Shown: in pieces, positions 1 to 12,382 of the stretch | Numbering within the stretch: the first letter of the stretch is position 1 | Layout: each line of letters begins with the position of its first letter | NCBI GenBank assembly: GCA_951406725.2 | Contig: OX597836.1 | Span: 49,786,001-49,850,000 of the forward strand | Source: Octopus vulgaris | Lineage: Eukaryota | Reading direction: 5' to 3' | Length of the DNA stretch: 64,000 bases | The notes under the pieces: model-generated | What the model was told of the DNA's origin: nothing | The model's database searches: none | What the model saw: the letters and a program-made list of their open reading frames with translations, nothing else | Made by a program: the position numbers and the translations under genes

Positions 1-460
1 TATATAATGTATAGTCTGTATGTGATATATCTTGTATATTTCATATTATGATACCGTTTATTTTGTGATATATCATATACGTCATACATGTCATATACTA
101 TACGTCCGTATGTGTGCCTCGGTGTGTGTAAACTAAACATTTAAAGAAAATAATAGTTGCATCTGAAATATCGTTAAATATTCAAAAGAATAACAACAAG
201 TCCAAAGCAGAGTTCATTTCAATATTTATATAAAGTGTTACAGCTAAGTAATACATGTTAATATTTCAGCCCTAGAAGCCTTGTTCATAGCAACGAGGAT
301 AAACAAAAAGCAACAAAAACAAAACAACAGGCATTTAGTGTTACATCTGTCATCTTGCTATGATCCCATTTTTTCATCTATTCAGACATTCAGACATATA
401 TAGTTTTCTCTTGCTATCTTTCTTCCTCTCTCACTCTTTGATGATGTACATTATTCACGT

Positions 461-561
<101 letters not shown>

Positions 562-618
562 TGTACGTATGTATGTATGTATGTATGTATGTACGTATGT
601 ATGTATGTATGTATGATG

Positions 619-677
<59 letters not shown>

Positions 678-689
678 AGAGTTTACGAA

Positions 690-1913
690 AAAAAAAACAA
701 AAGACGAAGACAGGTGGTGTACAAATCAAACAGATGTATTAGTATAACGCTCAGGAATAGAAAAAATCTGTTACGTTTCGAGCCTACACTCTTCCACAGA
801 AAGGGACACAGAAAAAACAAGGAGAGAAAAAAAAAGTGTGTAGTGGCTAACAATCTATCATGGCGACTGACTTCGGACAGAAAGGTCACACAGGAGTGCG
901 AAGCAGTAGGGGAGATAACAAAGTAAAGATGACCCCCAACACGAAGGTGCGTGTGTGTATAAGAGAGTATGTATGTGCGTGTGAAAGAGGGCTGGTGGTC
1001 TGGACGTGTGCGCGTATGTATGTGTAGGTGTGAAAATGTGGGGATGGGTGTGTGGGTGGTGTGTTGTGATGTGTAATGTTGTATGGTGTAGTGTAGTGTG
1101 GTGTGATGTTGTTGGGAGGTGGGGGAGCGAGAGTGGGGAAAGCACGGGTGGGGTGTGGGTTCGGCTGAGGGTTGGGGTAGAGTTACATACACATACCTAT
1201 ATATATATCTTTTCAACTTTTTATGCATTCCAGCCCAACGGATGTGGCCATGCTGTAGTAAGGTCGGCGTGATCACCTTTTCTCCGGCTATTCTTATGCG
1301 GTTGGATTTTGACAGAAATCAGGAGACAGACAACATTGGTACAGCAACAGAATGAATTAAAAATACAAAAGGTGTATTAACGAACGTGGTGTCAGTCAGG
1401 AATGGACAAGTATAGCAACAGGATATGGAACAAGGAATGGATTCGAGTAGAATGCGAGCGGAGGAGTCGCGTAGGCAACAGTTACACGTAAATAAAAGAA
1501 GAGATTGGTTAGGGAAGAACTGATGGGCAAAAGGATCGGACTCGGGAAGATGGAAGAAAAGTCAAGATTAAAAGTAGGAGTGGAGAAGATGAGGAGGTTG
1601 GTAAAAACAGATCTATCCAGAATGCTGATAGAATCTTCAGAGATAATAAAGGGGAATTCAAGAAAAGGGAGAAAGGAATTGTACAACGAAATGTAAGTAC
1701 TGCGTAGCGAGCAGAACCTTGGAAGTTCCATAGCGATCAACCATACACATCTAGGCATTTTTCAATGTGCTCGCCAAACATAGAACACTTGTCCTTACAT
1801 TATCAACACTATAATCAGCATGACAACACCTAAGGTACCGCTCCACATTACCCCAAAATTCTGCTGCACGATTTCCAACTTCATATATTTGCAAAATTGG
1901 CGCGGTACTTCAT

Positions 1914-1915
<2 letters not shown>
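690..1915 (-). mobile_element. Highly decayed Penelope-like element remnant (RT thumb region and terminal repeat)
   Basis: Minus-strand LPFLE...SVF...LDFSS pattern at 1500-1680 resembles the PLE LPFLD..YxKPT..LxxxSxHP region; decayed hammerhead-like motif at 768-802. Confidence 0.4.
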
Positions 1916-1954
<39 letters not shown>

Positions 1955-1959
1955 GCACG

Positions 1960-1997
<38 letters not shown>

Positions 1998-2694
1998 TAC
2001 ACACGCAAACACACACACACACACACACACGTGTGTATATCAAGAGAAAGAGGGAGAGAGAGGGGTGAGAGAGACAGAGAGTGAGTGTGTGAGAGAGAGA
2101 GAGAGAAAGAGAGGGAGAGAAGCCACCAAGTGGAGAAATTTCATTAAATGAAATGTATTTCAGAAATTTGTCAGTGCGTTATATGGATGCGAACAAATGA
2201 GATTTGCACCTTGTAAAGGAAGATCAAAAGATATTTAAGAAAGAAAGAAAGAAAGAAAGAAAGGAAATGTCATGGAGCAACTGTTATGACAAAGAGAAAT
2301 TTCTTTAATTAAAATTAGTGAGAGAATTGGAGGGTTTGTCAACACAAAGGGGCCCTTTCTCTGAGGGCTTGTGTCTCAGTGTGTGTGTGTATGAGTGAAT
2401 GTGTGTTTGTGTGTGTGTATATGAGTGTGTATGTGTGTGTGAGTGTGAATTTGCATGTGTGAACATGTGAGTGTATGTGTACTATGTTGTGTATTGTGTG
2501 TGTATGCGTGTGTCCGTGCGCGCGTGTGTGCGTATGAAGTGTTTTTAGACTTATATCAGAAAGGAAAATGGCTCTTTACATTGTTCGTTGTAGTGATGCG
2601 ATGTTAGACAATGTCTGTGAGTTAGCAAATGAATAAGAACATGGAGAGGATATTTATAGCGACGTCATTTCTTTGGTTTTGCTTCACCTTAAAT

Positions 2695-2852
2695 CTAGAC
2701 TTTGTTTACCGGTGTAAACTCTCTTCCTTTTCGAAACTTGTTAACCAACTGCAAAATTCGAAGAATAACCATTCCACCGCCAAGAGCGCTAGTTAACCAA
2801 CCGAAGATCTGATAAGCTGGGCTGTAACTTCCCATCATTTCAGTTAATGTAC
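2695..2852 (-). CDS. MCT-like gene, terminal coding exon (TM12 and C-tail; GTLTEMMGSYSPAYQIFGWLTSALGGGMVILRILQLVNKFRKGREFTPVNKV*)
   Basis: Acceptor CTCCTCTTTCCAG|GT; phase 1 matches the previous exon; TAG stop at 2697-2695. Not in the ORF track (too short); found by reading the minus strand. Confidence 0.88.
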
Positions 2853-2965
2853 CTGGAAAGAGGAGCAGAACAATAAAGATAGGTTAATTTAGATAAATAC
2901 GTATAGCTCTCTCACACTCTCTCCCTCTCCCTATCTTTGTATATATATATATGTATATATATATT

Positions 2966-3381
2966 CTCTTTACTCTTTTTACTCTTTTACTTGTTTCAGT
3001 CATTTGACTGCGGCCATGCTGGAGCACCACCTTTAGTCGGACAAATCGACCCCGGGACTTATTCTTTGTAAGCCTAGTACTTATTCTATCGGTCTCTCTT
3101 TTGCCGAACCGCTAAGTGACGGGGACGTAGACACACCAGCATCGGTTGTCAAGCAATGCTAGGGAGACAAACACAGACACACAAACACACACACATAATA
3201 CATATATATAAATACATATACGACAGGCTTCTTTCAGTTTCCGTCTACCAAATCCACTCACAAGGCATTGGTCGGCCCGGGGCTATAGTAGAAGACATTT
3301 GCCCAAGGTGCCACGCAGTGGGACTGAACCCGGAACCATGTGGTTGGTTAGCAAGCTACTTACCACACAGCCACTCCTGCG

Positions 3382-3383
<2 letters not shown>
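2966..3383 (-). mobile_element. tRNA-derived SINE, family A (full length)
   Basis: Head GGCGCAGGAGTGGCTGTGTGG (A-box like) and GGTTCAGTCC (B-box like), internal (TA)/(TG) tract, (GTAAAAGA)n tail; near-identical copies at 17782, 18279, 29801 and 60612. Confidence 0.9.
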
Positions 3384-3384
<1 letters not shown>

Positions 3385-3415
<31 letters not shown>

Positions 3416-3865
3416 CAAGATGTGTGTGTGTGTGTGTGTGTGTGAGTGTGTGTACGTGATTGTAGTTTATGCACATCCACAAATTAGCACGCATGTCGCT
3501 CAAATTTTAGGACATTCGTCAACACCCTATCTGGGCTTTGTCAACTTATTTTTTTCCCGCGGCACCCGCGGATAGTGGTAAGATTCTATTTTCAGCCATA
3601 GCTTTGAGCCATAAAAAATATCAGCCATAGCTTTTTGACGGCGTCAAAATAGGATAAAGAAAAGTGGAAGAGGGACAGAGAGTTTCACGGGAAAGACAAA
3701 GTGAGAGAGGGAGAGAGAGAGAGAGAGAGAGAGTAAGTGACGATGTTCATAAAAATCTATTTTCAGCCATAGCTTTTTGAAACGGCGTCTAACAAAAAAA
3801 AAAAGATAAAAGTGGAAGAGAGTTTCACAGCATCTAAACAAAAAAAAGGGAAAGACAAAGTAAGA

Positions 3866-3900
<35 letters not shown>

Positions 3901-4512
3901 AGTGACGACGTTCATAAAAATAAAATGTAAAATGTTTTGTTTTTTCTTAAACACGAGATATAGTGTTCAAATTCAGGATTTTTGAAAGACACTATATTTC
4001 ATAATCATAGTATATATACTTTCTCACACAACAATTACAATATATTTATTTTAAATCGTTCATCTTTCTCCCCCCCTCTCTCTCTCTCTCTCTCTCTCAC
4101 ATTACTTTGGGTGTGAAAGAGTTTTGTTTTTATTTTACGCCGAGTAAAAAAGTGTTTTGTTGAGAATCCATGCATTTAACAACAAAGAGGTGAGTAACAA
4201 TTTGTCAGTGAATTACACAATATAAATGGGTACAATTTCCGAGGCTTCTACCACACCCCACTCCGTTTCACGGACCACAAAAAGGGTTTTGTAGCATATT
4301 AAGATGCCAGAGTAGTTGATTCCACGCAAAAAAAAAGCGATTTTTTCTTAGTAAAAATCGTGCGAGTGTTAATCTACAAATTTAACAACGTTTTTTCCCA
4401 TTCATTTCTGTTTATGAACATGTATGCGTGCACAAAACATGCAATAGGTGTAAGTACGTACGTGTGTGTATGTGTGTTCGTGTCTGTTACCCACATATAT
4501 TTATATTATATC

Positions 4513-4560
<48 letters not shown>

Positions 4561-4705
4561 ATATATAATATATATATAATATAACCAATTTCAACGGATT
4601 TCGCCCAAATTTGACGTCGACATTACTTAGTTTGATTTGAAATAAAGAACTTGATAAGCTTAATAATCGTAAGTTAATCCCGAGCAAGGCCGGGTTATAC
4701 TGCTA

Positions 4706-4706
<1 letters not shown>
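3385..4706 (+). mobile_element. Probable non-autonomous Helitron
   Basis: 3' end CCCGAGCAAGGCCGGG hairpin, short spacer, then CTAG|T at 4703-4707; 5' end blurred in a (TA)n tract; internal tandem duplication of about 170 bp (3586-3920). Confidence 0.5.
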
Positions 4707-4758
<52 letters not shown>

Positions 4759-5318
4759 TATATATATAAACGAGTATATATATGAGAATTTGTTTCGAGG
4801 TTTGAAAATCCGCCCAAAATCTCATAACGTGTAGCCGCTTTTAAAATTTGTAATAGATTTATTAAAATGCCGGTTTTGACAATTGTTTGCTTATCAAAGG
4901 TTTAGGAGAGTTTAAAGTTACAAGGTAAAAATCAGCAAAACGTGTTTAAATGATCTAATATTCAAATATTCACAGAGGTTCAATTAATTTCACAGAGATA
5001 GATAGTAATATACAATACCTGTTAATGTTCGGTGAAGATCATAACAAATGTATATTATAGAAAGTTCAGTTATATTGAGTTTTTATTAAAAAAAAGGTGA
5101 ATTCGGAAGAAAGACGAAAAAAATGGTAAGTAAATATCCCCCCCCCCCCCACCAATTTCTGTCGTGGTGCGTGTAGTTCTTTTCTCAATTTCAGTCTAAG
5201 TGCATAGGTCCCTTCAACCTTCTTAACTTGTTAGAGTTCGAAATGCTCCAAGTCAAAATCTTTTCGTGTGTATAGAACCATCTAAATTCTTAATTCATTA
5301 CAACTAACCCTCTCTCTG

Positions 5319-5362
5319 TGGAGACACGTGGCCTAGTGGTTAGAGCAGCGGATTCGCGGTCC
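5319..5362 (+). mobile_element. Truncated tRNA-like SINE head (family of 38000-38280)
   Basis: GTGGAGACACGTGGCCTAGTGGTTAGAGCAGCGGATTCGCGGTC matches the head at 37999-38043. Confidence 0.6.
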
Positions 5363-6133
5363 ACAAAGGGGCAAAAAGGATTAAGAAGAACCTTCTCCTG
5401 CCCCAACACTTAGACTTATATATGTACCTCACTACACATCTGTCACTCCTTTACCTTTTATCAACCCCCTATTCCTTCTATTTTTCACACTCTAATACCC
5501 TTATCTCTCTATCACCCTTTATCTACCCATTCCTACTTTCAAATTATTTCCATTGACCCCTCACCGGTACGCTTTCCCTTATTTATATCTTCGTTTTTCT
5601 TTTTTCTTATTTCTTTCTTTCCTTTATTCCTCTATTCTTGTTTTTTTAATTTTTTATTATTATATTATTTTATTATTTTCTTCTTATTTTCTTCTCCTTC
5701 TCTCTTTTTGCTCTTTTTTCTCTTCTTTTTCCCTTTCTTTATTCTTCTCTTCCTCTTTTCAATTTGACCCTACTAATACACTCTATTTTTAGGTCACTTT
5801 AAATAAAACCCTTGATTCAATAACACTAAGTATAAACTGTATACTTGGAATGACCAATTTTAAATACTATTGGATTTTACACTTAAGGTATTAGAATCTT
5901 ATATGTATACCATTCTGCCTAAAGAAACGGATCTACAAATACAACATCCTTATACATCTAACATCTATTTTCTTTCCTCCACCTCACTCTCTATTTTGTA
6001 TCCTATCTAAATTAACGATTACTTAACCATCCTCTCGCTCTGTCTCCGATGAAGGGATACAATGAATATCCTGGAAACAGCTGTAAAATCTACACACCCT
6101 TGGTTTTTGTTATATTATTACGCAAAAAATTCT

Positions 6134-6214
<81 letters not shown>

Positions 6215-6379
6215 ATATATATATATGTATGTATATATATGTATATATATACATATGTATATATGTATGTATATATGTACATATATATATACATATGTAT
6301 ATATGTATGTGTGTATATATGTATATATATACATATATATACATGTATGTATGCATATATGTATATATATACATATATT

Positions 6380-9300
6380 ATGTCAGGTCACTTTCGAGTG
6401 CTACTGGTAACATGTAACCCAGTACAACCTGTTGCATGGTCGGGTCATCGGCGACTAAACCGGCAACCCCACCAAGCTTGCTTGGTGAGGAGGGTGTTTA
6501 TTGGACACCCTGCGGGATGAAAAATAAAATCCGTCAAAGGGCGGAGGACCTCTTGAGAGTCAACGGCCATCCAATAAATGTTTGCACGAGTACGCAGAAA
6601 TTCCGAGATGGTGTCCGGCGTGCTGAAAGACCCCTGGGAGTGAGGCGCCCCTCAGCTTTTCTTAAAGCATGTCTCTAGGAGAAGGTCACTCTGATATAGA
6701 ACCAGATATGCAGGGAATGATATTGGACATTTGGGGGATCCCACATCCCTGAGCCTGCGATTCATATTGACACAAGACATCTTGCTCCGGTTTGTCTCTG
6801 GATAATGTCAATAAAGTGGAGAGGGTCTATGAGGTGTTGTGCAAGCCTTATTGGACCTAAAACTCTGCACAGGCATTGCCGACCTCTGCTCGATATGTGC
6901 AATCTTTTTCCTCTATATATATTTCTTATTTTTAGTATATATTTTCTTCATTTTTAGTATATATTTTAATTTTTTTATTCGGAAGTCCTGCGGCGATGGG
7001 AAGGTGATGAAGCATGTAGTCAGTGACCTGCACATAGGCGGCCCATGCGAGATATAAAGTCGTCTCCTTGTCGCTCAAGACAGCGGTAGGATTCGGTTAC
7101 TGCATGGGTGTCTGAGCAGCTCCATTTGGAGAGGGCACTGCTCACCCGGTGACCGGGGAGGTTCTAGAAAAGGTGAACCAAAAATTGCCTGTCTTTCCAT
7201 ATCTGGTCAGTTTAGCGCGACTGACGGATGTCCACCCTGCGCTCGAAAAACAAAGAGTCTTTTATCTATAAAATCTCGACGGAACTTAAACATTTCATGT
7301 TGGAATATGCGCACTCTGTTGGACAACAAGAGTGATTGCAGGCCTGAAAGACGTAGTGCAGTTGTTGCTCGTGAGCTGAACCGTTATAAAATTGATATAG
7401 CTGCACTCTCAGGGACTCGTATAGAAGGTGATGGTCAGCTTGAGGAAGTAGGAGATGGATACACCTTTTTTTGGAAAGGAGGCAGAAGGAGGAGCGCAGA
7501 GAGGCTGGTGTTGGTTTTGTAGGCCGATCTGATATCCTTAAGAAGTTGGAAGAGCTCCCTGTTCCTATGAACGTATAATGAACGTATAATGACCCTACGG
7601 TTGCACTTGAAAGGTAAGCGGTTTGCTACTCTAATAAGTGCCTATGCACCTACTTTGACGAGCTGTGATGCAGTTAAAATAATCTTTTATACCCATCTGA
7701 GATCCATACTTAGAAAAATCCCCAATTCTGATAAAGTCATTCTACTGGGGGATTTTAATGCCAGGGTCGTAACAGACTGGCAAACATGGAACTCTCTAGG
7801 ACGTTTTGGAGTAGGGAAAATGAATAGCAATGGTCTCATGCTACTGGAGCTTTGCGAAGAACATGGACTTTACATTGCAAGCACTCATTTTGTGCACAAA
7901 GGTGATCACACAACAACATGGATGCATCCAAGGTCCAAAGTTTGGCACTTGTTGGATTATGTCATCATCCGCAAGCGCGACATTTATGACATTTGTAATG
8001 TCAAGTCCTTGCATGGATCAGAATACTGGACGGACCACAATCTGGTGCGAGCAAAGTTCCGAATGGTGATTAGGGCGAAAGAGAGAAGAGGACCAGTCAG
8101 CATTCCTCGCCGTCTAAGTGTCCACAAGGTATATGATGTTGTGGTTAGGAAAGAGTTTCAGACTCGCTTGTTCAGCATTGAAACTGCTGCAGCATGGGAA
8201 GATTTTCGAGACCAGGTTGTTCAATGTGCAGCCAAAATATTGGGGTATGTTACTGCCAGACACAGAGACTGGTTTGATGAGAATGATGCTGAAATTCAGG
8301 GACTATTAGTGGTAAAGCGCCATGCCCATAGTGTGTTGCTGCACAGGGAACTGTCTACTGTGCAGCGAAGTCTAGCACTTGCCCACTATAACAGTGTAAA
8401 ATCACTACTGCAGCGATCTCTCAGGAAGATGCAGAACACTTGGTGGGAGGATCTTGCTCGTGATGTTCAGGCTGCTGCTGATGCAAATGACAGCAAGAAG
8501 CTTTACCATCTTATGAAGCGAGCTTATGGACCTAAGAGCTCCACATCAGCTCCTTTGCTTTCCAAGGAGTCTTCCACCCTGTTTACTAAATCAACAGAAA
8601 TCACAGGTCGCTGGATCGAACACTTCTCTGAACTCCTAAACCATGAGTCAGTTGTGGATGAAACAGTGATTGATACTATGCAACAAAGACCTATCATTGG
8701 CTCCTTAGACTCCTCGCCTTCGATAGATGAAGTAATGACATCAATAAGTAAATTGAATCTTGGTAGGGCACCTGGAAAGGATGGAATTTGTGCTGAGGTC
8801 TTGCGATTTGGTGGTAATTACATCATACAGTCCTTTCATGAACTTATTAGTGCAGTCTGGAGGGATGGTGCAATCCCTAAGGACTGGAAGGATGCAATTA
8901 TTCTTCCTCTATATAAAGGAAAAGGAGCCAGAACAATGTGTGGTAACTACAGAGGTATTGCTCTACTATCAGCTGCTGGCAAGGTTCTGGCAAATATTCT
9001 TCTTACCCGTCTGAATGGGTGTCTCATAAATGATGTCCTATCTGAATCTCAATATGGCTTCCGATCTGGTAGAGGGACAATGGATATGATTTTCACAGCA
9101 AGACAGATGCAGGAGAAGTGCTATGAGCAGAATATGGATCTTGTCCAGGTATTCATTGATTTAACAAAGGCCTTTGATACTGTAAATAGGGCCTTTCTAT
9201 GGAAAAAACTTGGCAAACTTGGATGCCCGGATCACTTTGTATCTATAATTAAATCATTTCATGATGGGATGGAGGCTTGGGTCAATGTTGGTGGTACCAT

Positions 9301-10511
9301 GGCGGGACCCATTCCTGTAGAGAATGGTGTCAAGCCATTGCCCCAACTCTCTTTGTACTTTGCTGCTGCTTTTACTCATGCTTTTGCTAAGGTTAGCTCT
9401 CAGGGAATATATGTCAGATATCGATCTTCTGGCCGCCTCTTTAATCTTCGCCGATTTGCTGCCAATTCAAAGGTTTCTCAGTCTATTATTCGTGACCTCC
9501 TTTATGCAGCTAAATGTGACTTAGTCACTCATACAGTGGATGACATGCAAATACTCATGAATTGCATTTCTGCTTCTTGCAGGGCATTTGGAATCAGCAT
9601 TAGCCTGGACAAGACTGTTTTAATGTTCCAGCCTGCACCAGGAAATCCAGCTATCTTGGTTGAAGGAACAATTCTGAAGGTAGTTGACAAGTTTGTCTAC
9701 CTGGGCAGCACACTCAGCCGTTCTTGCTCCCTGGATGAGGAAATATCTTTCAGGTTGCAGAGAGCAACTAATTCCTTCCGGTCTCTTCAGTCTCGTGTCT
9801 GGTCCCAACATGGCATCGCAAGGAGAACAAAAGTTGCTGTGTACCGTGCTTGTGCACTGACATCGCTTCTCTACACATGTGAGACATGGACTCTGTACAA
9901 ACGTCAGGTAAGGGTCCTTGAACGTTTTCATCAGAGATGTCTCAGACACATTCTCAATGTTGGCTGGACCTCAAAAATTCCAGACACACAGGTCCTGAGG
10001 ACAGCTGATATCTTGAGTATTGAGGCGATGGTGCACAAGCACCGGTTGCGTTGGACTGGACACCTTATTAGAATGAAGGATAGAAGGATTCCTAAGCAGA
10101 TGCTCTATGGAGAACTTGTGAATGGAAGGAGACTCCGGCAGAAACCAAGGCTGCGATTTAAGGACTGTGTCAAGTCCTCATTAAAGGCCTGTGATATGCA
10201 GGACACTGACTGGGAGAACAATGCCTGTCATTGCCACAGAAGGAGGAAGCAGGTTAAGGAGGGGATCGACACTTTTGAGAGAGCACGTATCCAGCATGAA
10301 GAACTTAAGCGAGCTGCGTGAAAGCGCACAGCTCATATAGTGAATGGGGAAAGCTTGGTCTGCAATGTTTGCAGTCGTGTATGCTTGTCAAGAGCAGGGC
10401 TCATTAGCCACCAACGGAGCCGCAAATGCAAAATATAAGTTAGTCCTAGAGCGCACAATGATCCTGAAGGTCGGCAATGGTCTTCCTCGGTCACGAGTGG
10501 ACGGTCATCAT
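6380..10511 (+). mobile_element. Near full-length RTE-clade LINE (AP endonuclease, RT, C-terminal C2H2), inactivated
   Basis: WNMRTL, IAALSGTR, GDFNAR, TWMHPRSK, TDH endonuclease motifs; RT motifs NYRGIALL, QYGFR, FIDLTKAFD; about 900-bp 5' UTR; both ends in TA-rich microsatellite. Confidence 0.95.
7298..10438 (+). pseudogene. RTE LINE APE-RT ORF, disrupted (main open piece 7589..10321)
   Basis: Frameshifts near 7480-7590 including an 11-bp duplication ATGAACGTATA; QG motif deleted (GVKPLPQL); catalytic YADD reads YAAK; TGA at 10319-10321 precedes in-frame [23 protein letters not shown]. Confidence 0.9.
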
Positions 10512-10515
10512 ATAC

Positions 10516-10552
<37 letters not shown>

Positions 10553-10674
10553 AGTATGTATGTATATATGTATATATATATACATATATATATATACACA
10601 CATATGTGTATATATATATGTATGTATATATATATATGTATATATATATGTGTGTGTGTGTGTATGTATATATG

Positions 10675-10761
<87 letters not shown>

Positions 10762-10974
10762 TTATATAAATATGTATGTGTGTGCGCGGGCGCGCATGTG
10801 TAGGTATGGACACGCGTGCTTATACGAATACTATGGACATTTTTACCTTTTACTTTTACTCCCTCTCCTCACTTAGTGGTCATTCAAATAGCACTTTTGT
10901 CTTAATAACGGTCAATCACACAGTAATTTCCCTTTGTTTAATGGTCATTTTCATAGCATTTTTTCCTATACCCG

Positions 10975-11035
10975 GATAACTGAAGAGATGGCTGTGTGGA
11001 TTTCCACCTCGGCATCCGAAACTCGGAGTTTTATC
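10975..11035 (+). ncRNA. Type I hammerhead ribozyme motif (minimal stem III)
   Basis: GATAA-CTGAAGA-GATG..CATC(C)-GAAA-CTC G GAG-TT-TTATC: stem I GATAA/TTATC, intact core, GUU cleavage triplet. Confidence 0.7.
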
Positions 11036-11136
11036 ATGGCTACCAAATAATTGTCACATTTACATTTACAGATAAATTCCGCTATTTACATAATATCGAG
11101 GTCTCTTTCATTCTTTTGTTGTCTTACAATTTCTAT

Positions 11137-11189
<53 letters not shown>

Positions 11190-11613
11190 AATACATATAT
11201 ATATATATTCAGTACTGAATTATTCCGGTGAAATTTATAATTTAAAAATAGGATAAAATCTTCATAAGAAATTATCAAGTAGTCAGCATGAAAAACCTCA
11301 TAAGAGAAAAAAATCTGTAAATTTTTTCCTTGAAAATATTTATTTATATTATATAGAGGGCATTATTACACATAAATGCCGCACGCTAGGAGGGACTCAA
11401 AGCAAGTCATTCAAAAAATGCAAGTCTCAAAGCAAGTCATTCAAAAACAGAATTTAGCTGCAGATCACCAGTGATTTCGTAATCAACGCATTATCTGCAT
11501 TCGGTACGATATGTTTATTTTGGTAGTTTTGACTTTAAGAGCCCCTCCTAGCGTGCAGTATGGTTGTTCGTCTGGTATGTTGATTTTGTTCATTCAATAT
11601 AAATCTTGAATTC

Positions 11614-11677
11614 GCTGTACTGACGAGTAAGGGACGCAGATAATGTGTTGATTACGAAATCACTGGTGATCTGCAGC
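11614..11677 (+). ncRNA. Type I hammerhead ribozyme motif, copy 1
   Basis: GCTGTA-CTGACGA-GTAA(gggacgcagataatgtgttga)TTAC-GAAA-TCAC TG GTGA-TC-TGCAGC; all three stems pair and the core is intact; predicted cut after C11671. Confidence 0.85.
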
Positions 11678-11975
11678 TAAATAAATATTTTCAAGGAAAA
11701 AATTTACAGATTTTTTCTCTTATGAGGTTTTTCGCGCTGACTACTTGATAATTTCTTATGAAGATTTTATCCTATTTTTAAATTATAAATTTCACCGGAA
11801 TAATTCAATACTGAATTTTTGTTCCGAAGAAGCACGTTGTTACCGAAATGCAATTCGAAAAAGCCCGCCATTTACATAGATTTATAAGGGGTGAACAGTT
11901 CTATATGCTACGGTGGATACGATGGTTGTTCGTCTGGTATGTTGATTTTGTTCATTCAATATAAATCTTGAATTC

Positions 11976-12039
11976 GCTGTACTGACGAGTAAGGGACGCA
12001 GATAATGTGTTGATTACGAAATCACTGGTGATCTGCAGC
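11976..12039 (+). ncRNA. Type I hammerhead ribozyme motif, copy 2
   Basis: Identical to copy 1; stem I extends via GAATT/AATTC beyond an internal loop; predicted cut after C12033. Confidence 0.85.
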
Positions 12040-12167
12040 TAAATTCTGCTTTTGAATGACTTGCTTTGAGACTTGCATTCGGTACGATATGTTTATTTTG
12101 GTAGTTTTGACTTTAAGAGTCCTTCCTAGCGTGCGGCATTTATGTGTAATAATGCCCTCTATATTAT

Positions 12168-12218
<51 letters not shown>

Positions 12219-12252
12219 TATATATAATATATATATATTATATATATATAAA

Positions 12253-12290
<38 letters not shown>

Positions 12291-12336
12291 ATATATATAA
12301 TATAATATATATATATGTAATATATATACATATATG

Positions 12337-12379
<43 letters not shown>

Positions 12380-12382
<3 letters not shown>

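Larger units (their letters stand above)
11208..12169. mobile_element. Foldback mosaic element with direct and inverted repeats and tandem hammerheads (Penelope-terminal-repeat or retrozyme-like)
   Basis: 11208-11346 is inverted at 11678-11815; 11346-11498 is inverted within 11998-12169; 11560-11682 is directly repeated at 11922-12044; 11496-11556 recurs at 12075-12134; (TA)n on both sides. Confidence 0.75.

Noticed and set aside
7589-10321. Active or domesticated reverse transcriptase gene
   Set aside because: Catalytic aspartates and the QG motif are lost and flanking parts of the ORF are frameshifted; best explained as a young dead copy.
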